DNA from: a virus
Taxonomy: Duplodnaviria; Caudoviricetes
Virus record (IMG/VR): IMGVR_UViG_3300034357_000413
Location: 1 to 49,456 of that record
Length of the DNA: 49,456 bases
Reading direction: 5' to 3' (one strand)
Under the pieces are notes generated by a model that was not told the DNA's origin, searched no databases, and saw only the letters and a list, made by a program, of their open reading frames with translations. The stretch's first letter is position 1. Each line of letters starts with the position of its first letter. Both the position numbers and the translations under genes were made by a program. Of this stretch, positions 42,513 through 49,456 are shown piece by piece.

Positions 42513-42686
42513 CTACTCTTTCCGCCGTCGTTTTCCAGCCCGTTTCGCCGCACGGGCGTTGATCTTGTCGATGGCCTCCTGCGCCACCCTGTTCATGGCC
42601 TCTCGGGCTCCCCTCTGGCTGGCGATGCCGCTCTTGACCAGAAACGTCAGCCAGCCGGCCTCGTATCCGGTGATGCGGTTATTCAC
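42513..42686 (-). CDS. 57-aa basic protein (absent from the ORF track)
   Basis: GTG overlaps the upstream TGA; MNNRITGYEAGWLTFLVKSG...RAGKRRRKE; AGGAGG SD. Confidence 0.55.
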   Translation of the reverse strand: MNNRITGYEAGWLTFLVKSGIASQRGAREAMNRVAQEAIDKINARAAKRAGKRRRKE

Positions 42687-43036
42687 TGGAGCCCCTCCTC
42701 TGCGATCTTTCGCTTCATTGCATTGGCGAACTTCGCCGCCCGATCGGCCGTCATCCCGACTCCAATGAAAGAGACGCGGCTAGTGACGGCGACCTTGGCA
42801 GCCCCAGCGATCACGACCTCCACGACCTCCACCGCAGCTTCCAGGGTGTCCTCCGCGCCGAGAATCTTCCATGAGTAGTTCGACCCGTCTGCCGGCTTGT
42901 CGAGCCGCAGATAGGGGCGGTACTGCATCTTCACGCCACCAGTCAACTGGCGGTTGATCTCGGCAACGACCTTGCGGCCCTGCCGGACAACCCACTCGCT
43001 TTTCCGTCCAGGCTTGAGTTTCACTGTCAGTTTCAT
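42683..43036 (-). CDS. Hypothetical protein
   Basis: GAGGAG SD; member of the leftward small-gene array. Confidence 0.65.
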   Translation of the reverse strand: MKLTVKLKPGRKSEWVVRQGRKVVAEINRQLTGGVKMQYRPYLRLDKPADGSNYSWKILGAEDTLEAAVEVVEVVIAGAAKVAVTSRVSFIGVGMTADRAAKFANAMKRKIAEEGLQ

Positions 43037-43101
43037 CTCTCTCTCCTCGGGTTTCGCCGCACGGGGGCGGCAGGGTGTAGATCGAGCACTGGTTGCTACG
43101 G

Positions 43102-43368
43102 TCAGGGGTTGACGAACAGGCTCGCGTCGGCGGCTCGGCCCGTCCAGAACGCATCCATGAAAGCATCGCCGTCCTCGAATGAACCATTGACCTTCGCCCA
43201 GGCATCTCCCTGCCGGTGGCCGATCTGGAGCGTCGAGAACGCAGCCCCCTCGGGGAAGTGCTCGGCCGCGAAAGCGCGGATCGCTTCGAGCACCTTGTCG
43301 CCGTCATACATATCACCGTTGGCGAACTCCATCGCGGTCGGGCAGATCGAAATACTGATTCGTCTCAT
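43102..43368 (-). CDS. Hypothetical protein
   Basis: GAGGAG SD; array member. Confidence 0.65.
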   Translation of the reverse strand: MRRISISICPTAMEFANGDMYDGDKVLEAIRAFAAEHFPEGAAFSTLQIGHRQGDAWAKVNGSFEDGDAFMDAFWTGRAADASLFVNP

Positions 43369-43481
43369 GGTCGCTCTCCTCGTCTCTAGGGTTTAGGTTT
43401 CCACGTTCCGGGGTCGTCATCGGACGGCCCATCCCATCGCCCCGGTCGCGTTTCCGCGGACGGGGGTCAGGGGCGGGTCGT

Positions 43482-44078
43482 CTAGGCCGTTGCCTTCTTC
43501 TCCCGCAGATGCTTTCGAGCCGCCTTCCGCAGGTCGGCCTCGACGGCCGCATCGGGCCTCGGCTCCTCATGGTCGAGCGTGAACGTGACGCGGGCAGTTC
43601 CGCGGTAGAGTTTCACGCAGTCCAAGCCGATCAGTTCCTGCCACCCGCCGCGGAATCGGAGTTTGCCGGCCGCCCCCGGCATCCGCTCGCAGTCGAGGTA
43701 GTCGATCACTCGCTGCGGCAGGTCGCACAGCGGCACAACCTTCCCGCCGCGACGGACGGCGACGAGCAGCCCGCCAAGGATCGACGGACGAAAAGCCGCG
43801 GTGTACCGCTCCTTCCGTTTCGTCGCGCGGGGTACGAAGAACTCACCCAGCGGGTCGCAGCCGGTCGCGGCAACGTCCCGCGAGTAGTCGAGCCACGACC
43901 GGTCGATCTCGTCGGCGGTCGGGAGATCATCCGCACCGACCTCTTCATGGTCGCCGTCGCTGTAGTTGTCCACGGTGTAGGTGCCGTCATCGTCCATCCA
44001 GTAGCTGGACTTGTGCCAGCCGACCGGGCAGTCGCGCTCCCCGCAATTCCACGCCACGCTCGCAATAATGTCTGCCAT
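43482..44078 (-). CDS. Hypothetical protein
   Basis: 198 aa; acidic N-half with C-x4-C...H, basic C-half; array member. Confidence 0.65.
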   Translation of the reverse strand: MADIIASVAWNCGERDCPVGWHKSSYWMDDDGTYTVDNYSDGDHEEVGADDLPTADEIDRSWLDYSRDVAATGCDPLGEFFVPRATKRKERYTAAFRPSILGGLLVAVRRGGKVVPLCDLPQRVIDYLDCERMPGAAGKLRFRGGWQELIGLDCVKLYRGTARVTFTLDHEEPRPDAAVEADLRKAARKHLREKKATA

Positions 44079-44177
44079 CGTTCGTCCCTTTCGTATGGTT
44101 CCCCCGTCCGGGGGTCTATAGTTTCCACTAGTCCATCCCCGCCGGCAACGTGCCGGGCGGGGGCATCGTCGTCGTCC

Positions 44178-44675
44178 CTACGGGCGGATGCCCGTCCCCT
44201 CCAGCTCCTCGCGCACCAACCGGCAAACCTCCTCCGCGATCGGCTCACCAATGTCCGCGTAGGTGTCGAGGTGGTGCCACTCATCGGGCAGCTCCTCGCC
44301 GGCTGCCACGGCTGCCACGATCTCGCCGGCCAGACGGCGGGCCGTCCGCGCCGCCGACGTCGCCTCCCGGCGGATCGCCGCCGTGATCACCGCACCGTCG
44401 CGGTCGCGGCCAGCGATCTCTCGGTAGCCTCGGGCATCGGCCACGGCCTGCCGGAGCCCCTCGCGGGCATCGGCATCCTCCAGGCTGCCGGCCAACCGCT
44501 CGGCCACCTCCAGGGCGATCGCCGGCATCGGCCGCCGACCGCGGTAGGTGTCGATCTCGACCCAGATCAGCGGCACGTCGTGACCGGCGGCCCGCCACGC
44601 CCGCACCTCATCCATCTCAGCCATGACGGCGTTTGCCTCGGCTAGCTCGATCATCGCGTTTCCCATGTATGACAT
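44178..44675 (-). CDS. Hypothetical protein
   Basis: GAGGAAAC SD/motif before the ATG; array member. Confidence 0.65.
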   Translation of the reverse strand: MSYMGNAMIELAEANAVMAEMDEVRAWRAAGHDVPLIWVEIDTYRGRRPMPAIALEVAERLAGSLEDADAREGLRQAVADARGYREIAGRDRDGAVITAAIRREATSAARTARRLAGEIVAAVAAGEELPDEWHHLDTYADIGEPIAEEVCRLVREELEGTGIRP

Positions 44676-44739
44676 CGTCGCGTTTCCTCGTTCGGGGTTC
44701 TCGTTTCCACAATCCGGGGGCCACGCTGGCCCGCCGGCA

Positions 44740-44931
44740 TCACTCCCAGGCTCGCACCTTCACCGTCTCGGGGAAGAAGCCGTCATCGCTCCATGCGATT
44801 CGAGCGTCGTCCTCCGCGTCCTCCGCGGTCGGCTCGGCCGACCACCACTCCAGATCGATCTCCTCCACCTCTCCGAATGCTGGCGAGAATCGCAGCACTA
44901 TTCCCTCGCAATACCATCGTGCTCGTGCCAT
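44740..44931 (-). CDS. Small acidic hypothetical protein
   Basis: 63 aa, Glu/Asp-rich; GAGGAAAC SD/motif. Confidence 0.6.
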   Translation of the reverse strand: MARARWYCEGIVLRFSPAFGEVEEIDLEWWSAEPTAEDAEDDARIAWSDDGFFPETVKVRAWE

Positions 44932-45001
44932 CGTCGTTTCCTCGTTCGGGGTGTCCTATCGTTTCGCCGGCCGGGGGCAACGCGCCCGCCGGCCGGGGTC
45001 G

Positions 45002-45277
45002 TCACTCGTCGCGCTGCTCCATCCTCCGCAGGAGGTGCTCCATCTGGTCGATGACGTCGCGGATATCACCCAGAATCATCCGCTCGACCTCGGGGCCGGT
45101 CGGGCCGTTGCCGTCCCAGTTTCGGATCGCGCCTGCCCAGTGAATCAGCAGCACGGCCGCCGCCGCTTCCGCCGAATCCTCCGCGAGGCATGCGCCGCCC
45201 ATCTGATCGATGGCTGTCTTAGCCACGCTGAAAATCGGGTGATGCATCGGGTCGGAGTTATTCATCGTCTCGCTCAT
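45002..45277 (-). CDS. Hypothetical protein
   Basis: ATG 45277 directly after a GTGGAAAC motif; array member. Confidence 0.6.
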   Translation of the reverse strand: MSETMNNSDPMHHPIFSVAKTAIDQMGGACLAEDSAEAAAAVLLIHWAGAIRNWDGNGPTGPEVERMILGDIRDVIDQMEHLLRRMEQRDE

Positions 45278-45376
45278 GGTTTCCACGCTCCAGGGGTTCT
45301 CGGGTTTCCATCCACGGGGCCACGCTGGCCGCCGACTCGGCCCCGCCCGCGGGCGACGGGGCCGGCTCGGGGGTCA

Positions 45377-45613
45377 TCAGTAGGCTCCGACCTCCTGCGT
45401 TGCCCATGCCCGCAGGCCGCCGACTACGTCAGGCATACGGGCCAGGAGCCGCCGGCAGGCATCGGCTCGTGATCGCCAGCGGCGGGGCTCGACGAGCCTG
45501 CCTGGGCCGCTCCAGTAGGATTCGGCATCCACGATCAGGTCGCGCAGTGCATGGCCGGTTTCGGCGGCCAGGCGTTCGCATTCGGTCAGCAGGGCAGTCT
45601 CGGTCGGGGTCAT
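45377..45613 (-). CDS. Hypothetical protein
   Basis: GAGGAAACGAGAC-ATG (MTPTETALL...). Confidence 0.6.
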   Translation of the reverse strand: MTPTETALLTECERLAAETGHALRDLIVDAESYWSGPGRLVEPRRWRSRADACRRLLARMPDVVGGLRAWATQEVGAY

Positions 45614-45692
45614 GTCTCGTTTCCTCTCTCTGGTTCTCACGGTCGGGGGCGACCGGCGAAGTTGCCGGCCGCCGGGTTTCCTCGGTCGGGGG

Positions 45693-46112
45693 TCAGGCTC
45701 CGATGCTCTCGCGGCTCGCCGCCAGGCCGCGGGTGATATAGGCGTCGTGCGCAGCCGATGCGGCGGCCAGCATCGACGGCAACTTCGCGGCGAGCGATCC
45801 GGCGACCGAATCGCTGGAGAACCCCCGGCCCCGCCGCTGGTAGTCGGCACCAAGCATCACGCCGGCCGCGATCCCCTCGGAGTATCCGGCGAGCGTGGAG
45901 GCCGGCGGATCGCTCTCCATCCCCTCCGCGAAGCCGCGCACGATCAGCGCCTTGGCTGCCGTGACGCACGACCGCTCGCGCTTCTCCACCTTCAGTGCCT
46001 CGCGGAGCCGGTGCGGCTCGCGGTGGCCGGATGCGTCCATCATGTAGGCCACCGCATCCCATGCGGCGCCGATCGTGCGGCGCTCGGCCGCGGTGTAGCT
46101 CCAGTTGCTCAT
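45693..46112 (-). CDS. Hypothetical protein
   Basis: GAGGAAACGAGAG-ATG (MSNWSYT...). Confidence 0.6.
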   Translation of the reverse strand: MSNWSYTAAERRTIGAAWDAVAYMMDASGHREPHRLREALKVEKRERSCVTAAKALIVRGFAEGMESDPPASTLAGYSEGIAAGVMLGADYQRRGRGFSSDSVAGSLAAKLPSMLAAASAAHDAYITRGLAASRESIGA

Positions 46113-46196
46113 CTCTCGTTTCCTCTCTGGGGGTCGTCTCGTTTCCACGTTCCAGGGGGCCGGCAACGTGCCGGCCCCCATGTCTCCATCGGTAGC

Positions 46197-46853
46197 CTAT
46201 TCGGCCAGTACCGTCGCGCGGGCCTGGTGATCGCCGGTCATCGCCGCCGTGACCATCTCCTCCGAGGGCAGCGGGGCGCGGCCCATCACCCGCTGGTATT
46301 GCCTGCGGTTATCACGGTGCCGTTCCAGGGCCGAGAGCATCACCGCCCGCCGCAGGGTCGCGGGGATTGTCTGCCACTGGAAACGCTCCAGGCCACGACG
46401 CATCGACCGGCAGACCGTCGATGCCGTGTCCGAGACGTGGAGACGGTCGACCACCCGATCGACGCCAGCGACGTCGGCCTCGGTGAGCGCCATGACCGGC
46501 AGCCTGCCAACGCGGGCGATCAGCCCCGGCACCGCTCGTGCCGTCGCGAGATTCACGACGTTCCCCTCGGGCATCGTCCACGGGCGAGCCTCGGCGGCCC
46601 GCTGGTCGCGGCCGATCCGGCGCTGACGGGCCGCGGCTCGGGCATTCTCCGCGGCATCACCAGGGGTGCCGAAGACGTGCCGCAGGCGGGCCGCGGTCGC
46701 GGTGATCTCCCGGCGGGTGTCGTGAGTCTGGCACGCGAACCGCCGCCGCTGGTTGTGCCTGGCGGGCAGCTCCCGCAGCACCGTGACGGTCGCGAATCGG
46801 CTGCCGATCCTCACGACGGCCTGCATTCCGATTGTGATGTCATTCTGTCGCAT
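46197..46853 (-). CDS. Hypothetical Arg-rich protein
   Basis: GAGGAAACGAGCC-ATG; first gene after the promoter at 46962. Confidence 0.65.
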   Translation of the reverse strand: MRQNDITIGMQAVVRIGSRFATVTVLRELPARHNQRRRFACQTHDTRREITATAARLRHVFGTPGDAAENARAAARQRRIGRDQRAAEARPWTMPEGNVVNLATARAVPGLIARVGRLPVMALTEADVAGVDRVVDRLHVSDTASTVCRSMRRGLERFQWQTIPATLRRAVMLSALERHRDNRRQYQRVMGRAPLPSEEMVTAAMTGDHQARATVLAE

Positions 46854-46934
46854 GGCTCGTTTCCTCTCTCGGGGGGGTCTTAGGTTGTAGGTTATTCGTT
46901 TCCACGCTCGGGGCTCCGTTGCCCTCGATGACCA

Positions 46935-46962
46935 AGGATAGCATCGTCGTGGATCGGGTCAA
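46935..46962 (-). promoter_or_regulatory. Sigma70-type promoter for the leftward array
   Basis: TTGACC-N16-TATCCT with extended -10 TG and an AT-rich upstream element. Confidence 0.6.
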
Positions 46963-47060
46963 GTCTAAAATAATATCCTCGGGTTTCTCGCGGGTTTCTA
47001 CGATCGGGGGTTTCGACGGACAGTTGGGAAACGAGAAACGGAGGGTTTCCACGGCCGGGC

Positions 47061-47279
47061 TCACTGATCATTCCCCGGTAGCGTGATCCCTGCCACGTCG
47101 CATCGAATCACCATCGCGGTCGAGTTGCCAGGCATCGTGAGCTTCAGCCAAACGGAGCCGCTGGTCAGGTCGATCTCATATTGGCTCTTCACGCCCCAGG
47201 CCGTTTCCAGCCACTCCATCCGCTGTTCAAATTCCGCAGCCAGCTTTTCGACGGTGGCTCGGGTTCGTTTTCGTTTCAT
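47061..47279 (-). CDS. Hypothetical protein
   Basis: GAGGAAC SD; 72 aa. Confidence 0.6.
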   Translation of the reverse strand: MKRKRTRATVEKLAAEFEQRMEWLETAWGVKSQYEIDLTSGSVWLKLTMPGNSTAMVIRCDVAGITLPGNDQ

Positions 47280-47558
47280 CGTGCGTTCCTCATGTTTCGA
47301 CGGTCGGGGGCCGGGTTCCGCTCTCCGGCCTGGTTTTTGCCATTCTGGCAGTCATAGGATGCCCCAGGAAGCCCGATCGGCCAGGTGGCCGACCGTAGAT
47401 ACCCTTGGGTTTCCATGTTCGGGGCTCGGGTTTCCACGGTCGGGTTTCCATGTTCGGGGCTCGGGTTTCCACGCTCGGGAGGGGAGCCGGGCCAGCTCGG
47501 GTTTCCATGTTCGGGGGCTCGAGTTTGCTGGCAGCTCGGGTTTCCATGTTCGGGGGTG

Positions 47559-47670
47559 GTCGCTGGTGGAGTTGGTCAGCAGGGCCGCTCGTCGCTGGTG
47601 GAGTTGGTCAGCAGGGCCGCTCGTCGCTGGTGTCACTGGTGTCGCTGGTGGAGTTGGTCAGCAGGGCCGC
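47559..47670. repeat. 30-bp direct repeat x3
   Basis: GTCGCTGGTGGAGTTGGTCAGCAGGGCCGC at 47559, 47591 and 47641, with a partial copy at 47623. Confidence 0.9.
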
Positions 47671-47675
47671 AATTG

Positions 47676-47709
47676 CAATCGGCCGCAGGGAAACCCCTGC
47701 GGCCGATTG
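47676..47709. terminator. Perfect 15-bp hairpin downstream of the gp88-like gene
   Basis: CAATCGGCCGCAGGG-AAAC-CCCTGCGGCCGATTG. Confidence 0.6.
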
Positions 47710-47723
47710 AACCGCGTTCTAGT

Positions 47724-48599
47724 TCAAGCCAGTTCTACGGTCGCAACCCCCTCGCGACGATGCTCGTCCACGAACCAATTCGCCCCCGCCGCATGATGCC
47801 GAATGAATCCCATTCGCGCCGAAGTCTCGCGGAGTTTCCTAGAGCCCTTGGCGCGAAGGGCAACACAGCGGGAGCAACCGTCGAATTCGGGGACGCGAAG
47901 GTCGTGAATATCCCCATCCACTGTATCGGCAGCAAACTCCTCCCCGCTGGTTCGGTCGCGGAATATCACTTGCGACGGAACCGCACCGTATCGGTGAAGT
48001 GGGCCGAAATAATGGCTGTCAAAAACCACCACCAAATTCACCCCTAGAGCGTTCAGTCGCTTCGCGTCAGCGTAGGTGGTGCGCTCACTTACGCTATAGG
48101 CTACATGGTAGTTTGCTGGCAACTCTCCGCGACCATATTCGGCCGCATGTTCTACGTTTTTGGTGTAATTGTAGAACGTGATGGTCGGGTGTTGCTCATA
48201 GACTTCGCGGGGGTGTTCAATGTCGGATGCTACGTTAGTTCGGCAGAATGCCCGAACATTGTCGCGGAGTGCTTTCCTCGCCAACGCCCGCAGTTCTTTC
48301 GCGAGTCGATGATAGAACCGCGCAGGATCGTAGAACCATAAACGGGTACGCTTCGTTGCTGCTTCGCGGACGGTTCTAGTAACGGTTCTCCCAGCAAACC
48401 ACAGAACACAGACGAGGATACATGCGGCCGTAGCATGCGGGCAGACATTCACAACCCCCGACCGCTTCGACGGGGCCAGTGTAACTCCCGCATTTATGAT
48501 GCGGGAACCGTCGGGGAGTTTCCGCAGTTTCGCGTTGTCGGAAAGGATAGAGCGAACGGCAGAATCAAGGGCAGCGGCGTCGATTGTTTTCGTTGTCAT
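47724..48599 (-). CDS. Gp88-like phage protein (Cys motif, probable Fe-S/metal binding)
   Basis: NAKL.K, LAP, NVCPHATAACILVC, RTNVASD, FYNYTK, DGD.HDLR motifs recalled for this family. Confidence 0.65.
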   Translation of the reverse strand: MTTKTIDAAALDSAVRSILSDNAKLRKLPDGSRIINAGVTLAPSKRSGVVNVCPHATAACILVCVLWFAGRTVTRTVREAATKRTRLWFYDPARFYHRLAKELRALARKALRDNVRAFCRTNVASDIEHPREVYEQHPTITFYNYTKNVEHAAEYGRGELPANYHVAYSVSERTTYADAKRLNALGVNLVVVFDSHYFGPLHRYGAVPSQVIFRDRTSGEEFAADTVDGDIHDLRVPEFDGCSRCVALRAKGSRKLRETSARMGFIRHHAAGANWFVDEHRREGVATVELA

Positions 48600-48626
48600 G
48601 GTTCGTAGCCTTTTCTGTGGTGGTGG

Positions 48627-48965
48627 TTATGAAATTCTGGTAACGGTGAAATTCTGCTCTTCGTTTTTGTATGTGTCGCCAACGGATGCGGAATCAAGCC
48701 ACTCTCCGAATGTAGACTCCTCCTCCTCGTCTTCGTTGAAATACTCGCGCTCGTCTTCGGGGAATCCCAGATATGAGACGGTTTCAAAAAACCCCCGCCC
48801 ACTGTCATCGCGAACGGTGAATGTCGGCTCTTCAGTCGCGAGAATCTTGCAACCGAGTTTACGGGCGGTTTCAACGCTATCGACGGTTTCAACGAACCCG
48901 CCCGCATCGTCGCGAATCTCCCACCATGTTTCTCCGTTGTCGAATATCGCCCTTGCCGTTGTCAT
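48627..48965 (-). CDS. Very acidic hypothetical protein
   Basis: GGAGGAAAC SD; EDEREYFNEDEEEES; internal duplication IRDDAGGFVETV / VRDDSGRGFFETV. Confidence 0.65.
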   Translation of the reverse strand: MTTARAIFDNGETWWEIRDDAGGFVETVDSVETARKLGCKILATEEPTFTVRDDSGRGFFETVSYLGFPEDEREYFNEDEEEESTFGEWLDSASVGDTYKNEEQNFTVTRIS

Positions 48966-48992
48966 GCTTCGTTTCCTCCGTTGGTTGTGAGA

Positions 48993-49217
48993 TTAGATAT
49001 GATTCGGAAGGTCTGCCAGAACTGTTTTCGCACATTCAATCGTTCCCGCTGCCCATTTCTCTATCGTGATCTCTCCGAATTCGGAGCATACGTCAGCATA
49101 TGAGAAGCAACCATTCCTATCATTCTTCCCCATTAGCGTTGCAAGGGTTTCGGCATCCTTGCGTTTGATGGCATCCGCCATTGCTGCGGCCCACTCATCT
49201 ACATTGAAACCGCTCAT
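48993..49217 (-). CDS. Hypothetical protein
   Basis: GGAG SD; first gene after the promoter at 49290. Confidence 0.6.
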   Translation of the reverse strand: MSGFNVDEWAAAMADAIKRKDAETLATLMGKNDRNGCFSYADVCSEFGEITIEKWAAGTIECAKTVLADLPNHI

Positions 49218-49262
49218 GTCATTCGCTCCAGTGTGCTGCGGGTTCTCCCCCGCGTTGCCAAT

Positions 49263-49290
49263 ATCATATCATCGGCACGAACGCAGTCAA
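49263..49290 (-). promoter_or_regulatory. Sigma70-type promoter
   Basis: TTGACT-N16-TATGAT with extended -10 TG. Confidence 0.65.
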
Positions 49291-49392
49291 CACTAAAATG
49301 TTTCCCCGATAAAAATAGCGTATGCGAACCGAACGGACACCTAGTAAGTGAGAATCGACACCGTGCCATTGTGCCATCGGCAGCGTACACTC

Positions 49393-49409
49393 AGCAAAAA
49401 CTGTGCCAA
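49393..49409 (-). promoter_or_regulatory. Sigma54 (-24/-12) consensus site
   Basis: Minus strand TTGGCAC-AGTTT-TTGCT, with exactly 10 nt between GG and GC. Confidence 0.5.
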
Positions 49410-49456
49410 GGGTAGGGAGTGCCCCGATTGTGGGGGTTAGACCAACAGACCGCCTG

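Larger units (their letters stand above)
41336..47554 (-). repeat. Dispersed polar motif GTTTC-N6-CGGG (CCCG-N6-GAAAC on the coding strand)
   Basis: 21 exact copies counted by eye at 41336, 41357, 42542, 43051, 43450, 44682, 44936, 44961, 45304, 45676, 46859, 46898, 46994, 47045, 47294, 47409, 47430, 47444, 47465, 47501, 47540, plus near-matches; all in one orientation. Confidence 0.9.
1..49456. mobile_element. Temperate tailed phage (siphovirus-like) genome segment; head/packaging genes lie outside the window
   Basis: Contiguous tail operon, integrase, replication and DNA-methylation genes; many ATGA/TGATG gene overlaps; no host housekeeping genes. Confidence 0.95.

Noticed and set aside
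43509-46883. Long plus-strand ORFs (43509..44645, 44633..45472, 45612..46883)
   Set aside because: Arg/Pro/Gly-rich shadows crossing several minus-strand genes that have their own SDs
43037-46912. Integron attC cassette array
   Set aside because: The flanks lack the RYYYAAC...GTTRRRY box arrangement, and the tyrosine recombinase is over 20 kb away with no IntI-specific features visible
47290-47636. ORFs with METR / WKPE repeats
   Set aside because: Translations of the DNA repeat cluster; all frames are similarly open and there is no SD
47562-47651. Three E. coli Chi sites (GCTGGTGG) in the 30-bp repeats
   Set aside because: They are one sequence copied three times, and nothing suggests an enterobacterial host, so a Chi role is unsupported
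47400-47670. CRISPR array (repeats begin GTTTC and end GAAAC on the other strand)
   Set aside because: Units are 15 bp with irregular 0-24 bp gaps or are directly tandem; no unique spacers of uniform length; no cas genes

Overview
The whole window is part of one GC-rich, temperate, long-tailed (siphovirus-like) dsDNA phage genome. It lacks the terminase/portal/capsid block and appears to be in the non-integrated form. From left to right: (1) 1-10.5 kb, a lambda/HK97-type neck and tail operon: head closure, gp10-like protein, tail terminator, two paralogous tail-tube-like genes, G/GT chaperones with a GGGAAAA -1 frameshift, tape measure protein, and Ser/Gly- and Cys-rich tail proteins. (2) 10.5-15.4 kb, glycosyltransferases, a metallophosphoesterase and a dNMP kinase. 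(3) 15.4-19.5 kb, a fibre/adhesin block. (4) 20.3-22.3 kb, a tyrosine integrase, a candidate attP resembling the 3' end of tRNA-Ala/tmRNA, and a double-HTH regulator. (5) 22.3-30 kb, replication genes: SNF2 helicase, SSB-like protein, CoiA-like nuclease, prim-pol, candidate origin and UvrD helicase. (6) 30-41.7 kb, a CsrA homologue missing from the ORF track, a C5 DNA methyltransferase with a nested alternative-frame gene, GNAT, VRR-NUC, FkbM, a glycosyltransferase, a membrane-protein/papain-like peptidase cluster, an MT-A70 methyltransferase and an HNH nuclease. (7) 41.6-49.3 kb, a leftward array of small unknown genes. The two most striking signals are a polar bipartite motif GTTTC-N6-CGGG (21 exact copies, all in one orientation, 41.3-47.6 kb) that marks the boundaries of the small genes, and a phage-encoded CsrA together with GGA-loop hairpins over the ribosome-binding sites of several phage genes. 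A Planctomycetota-like host is my inference from gene content only. All family calls come from motif recognition by eye; no database search was run.
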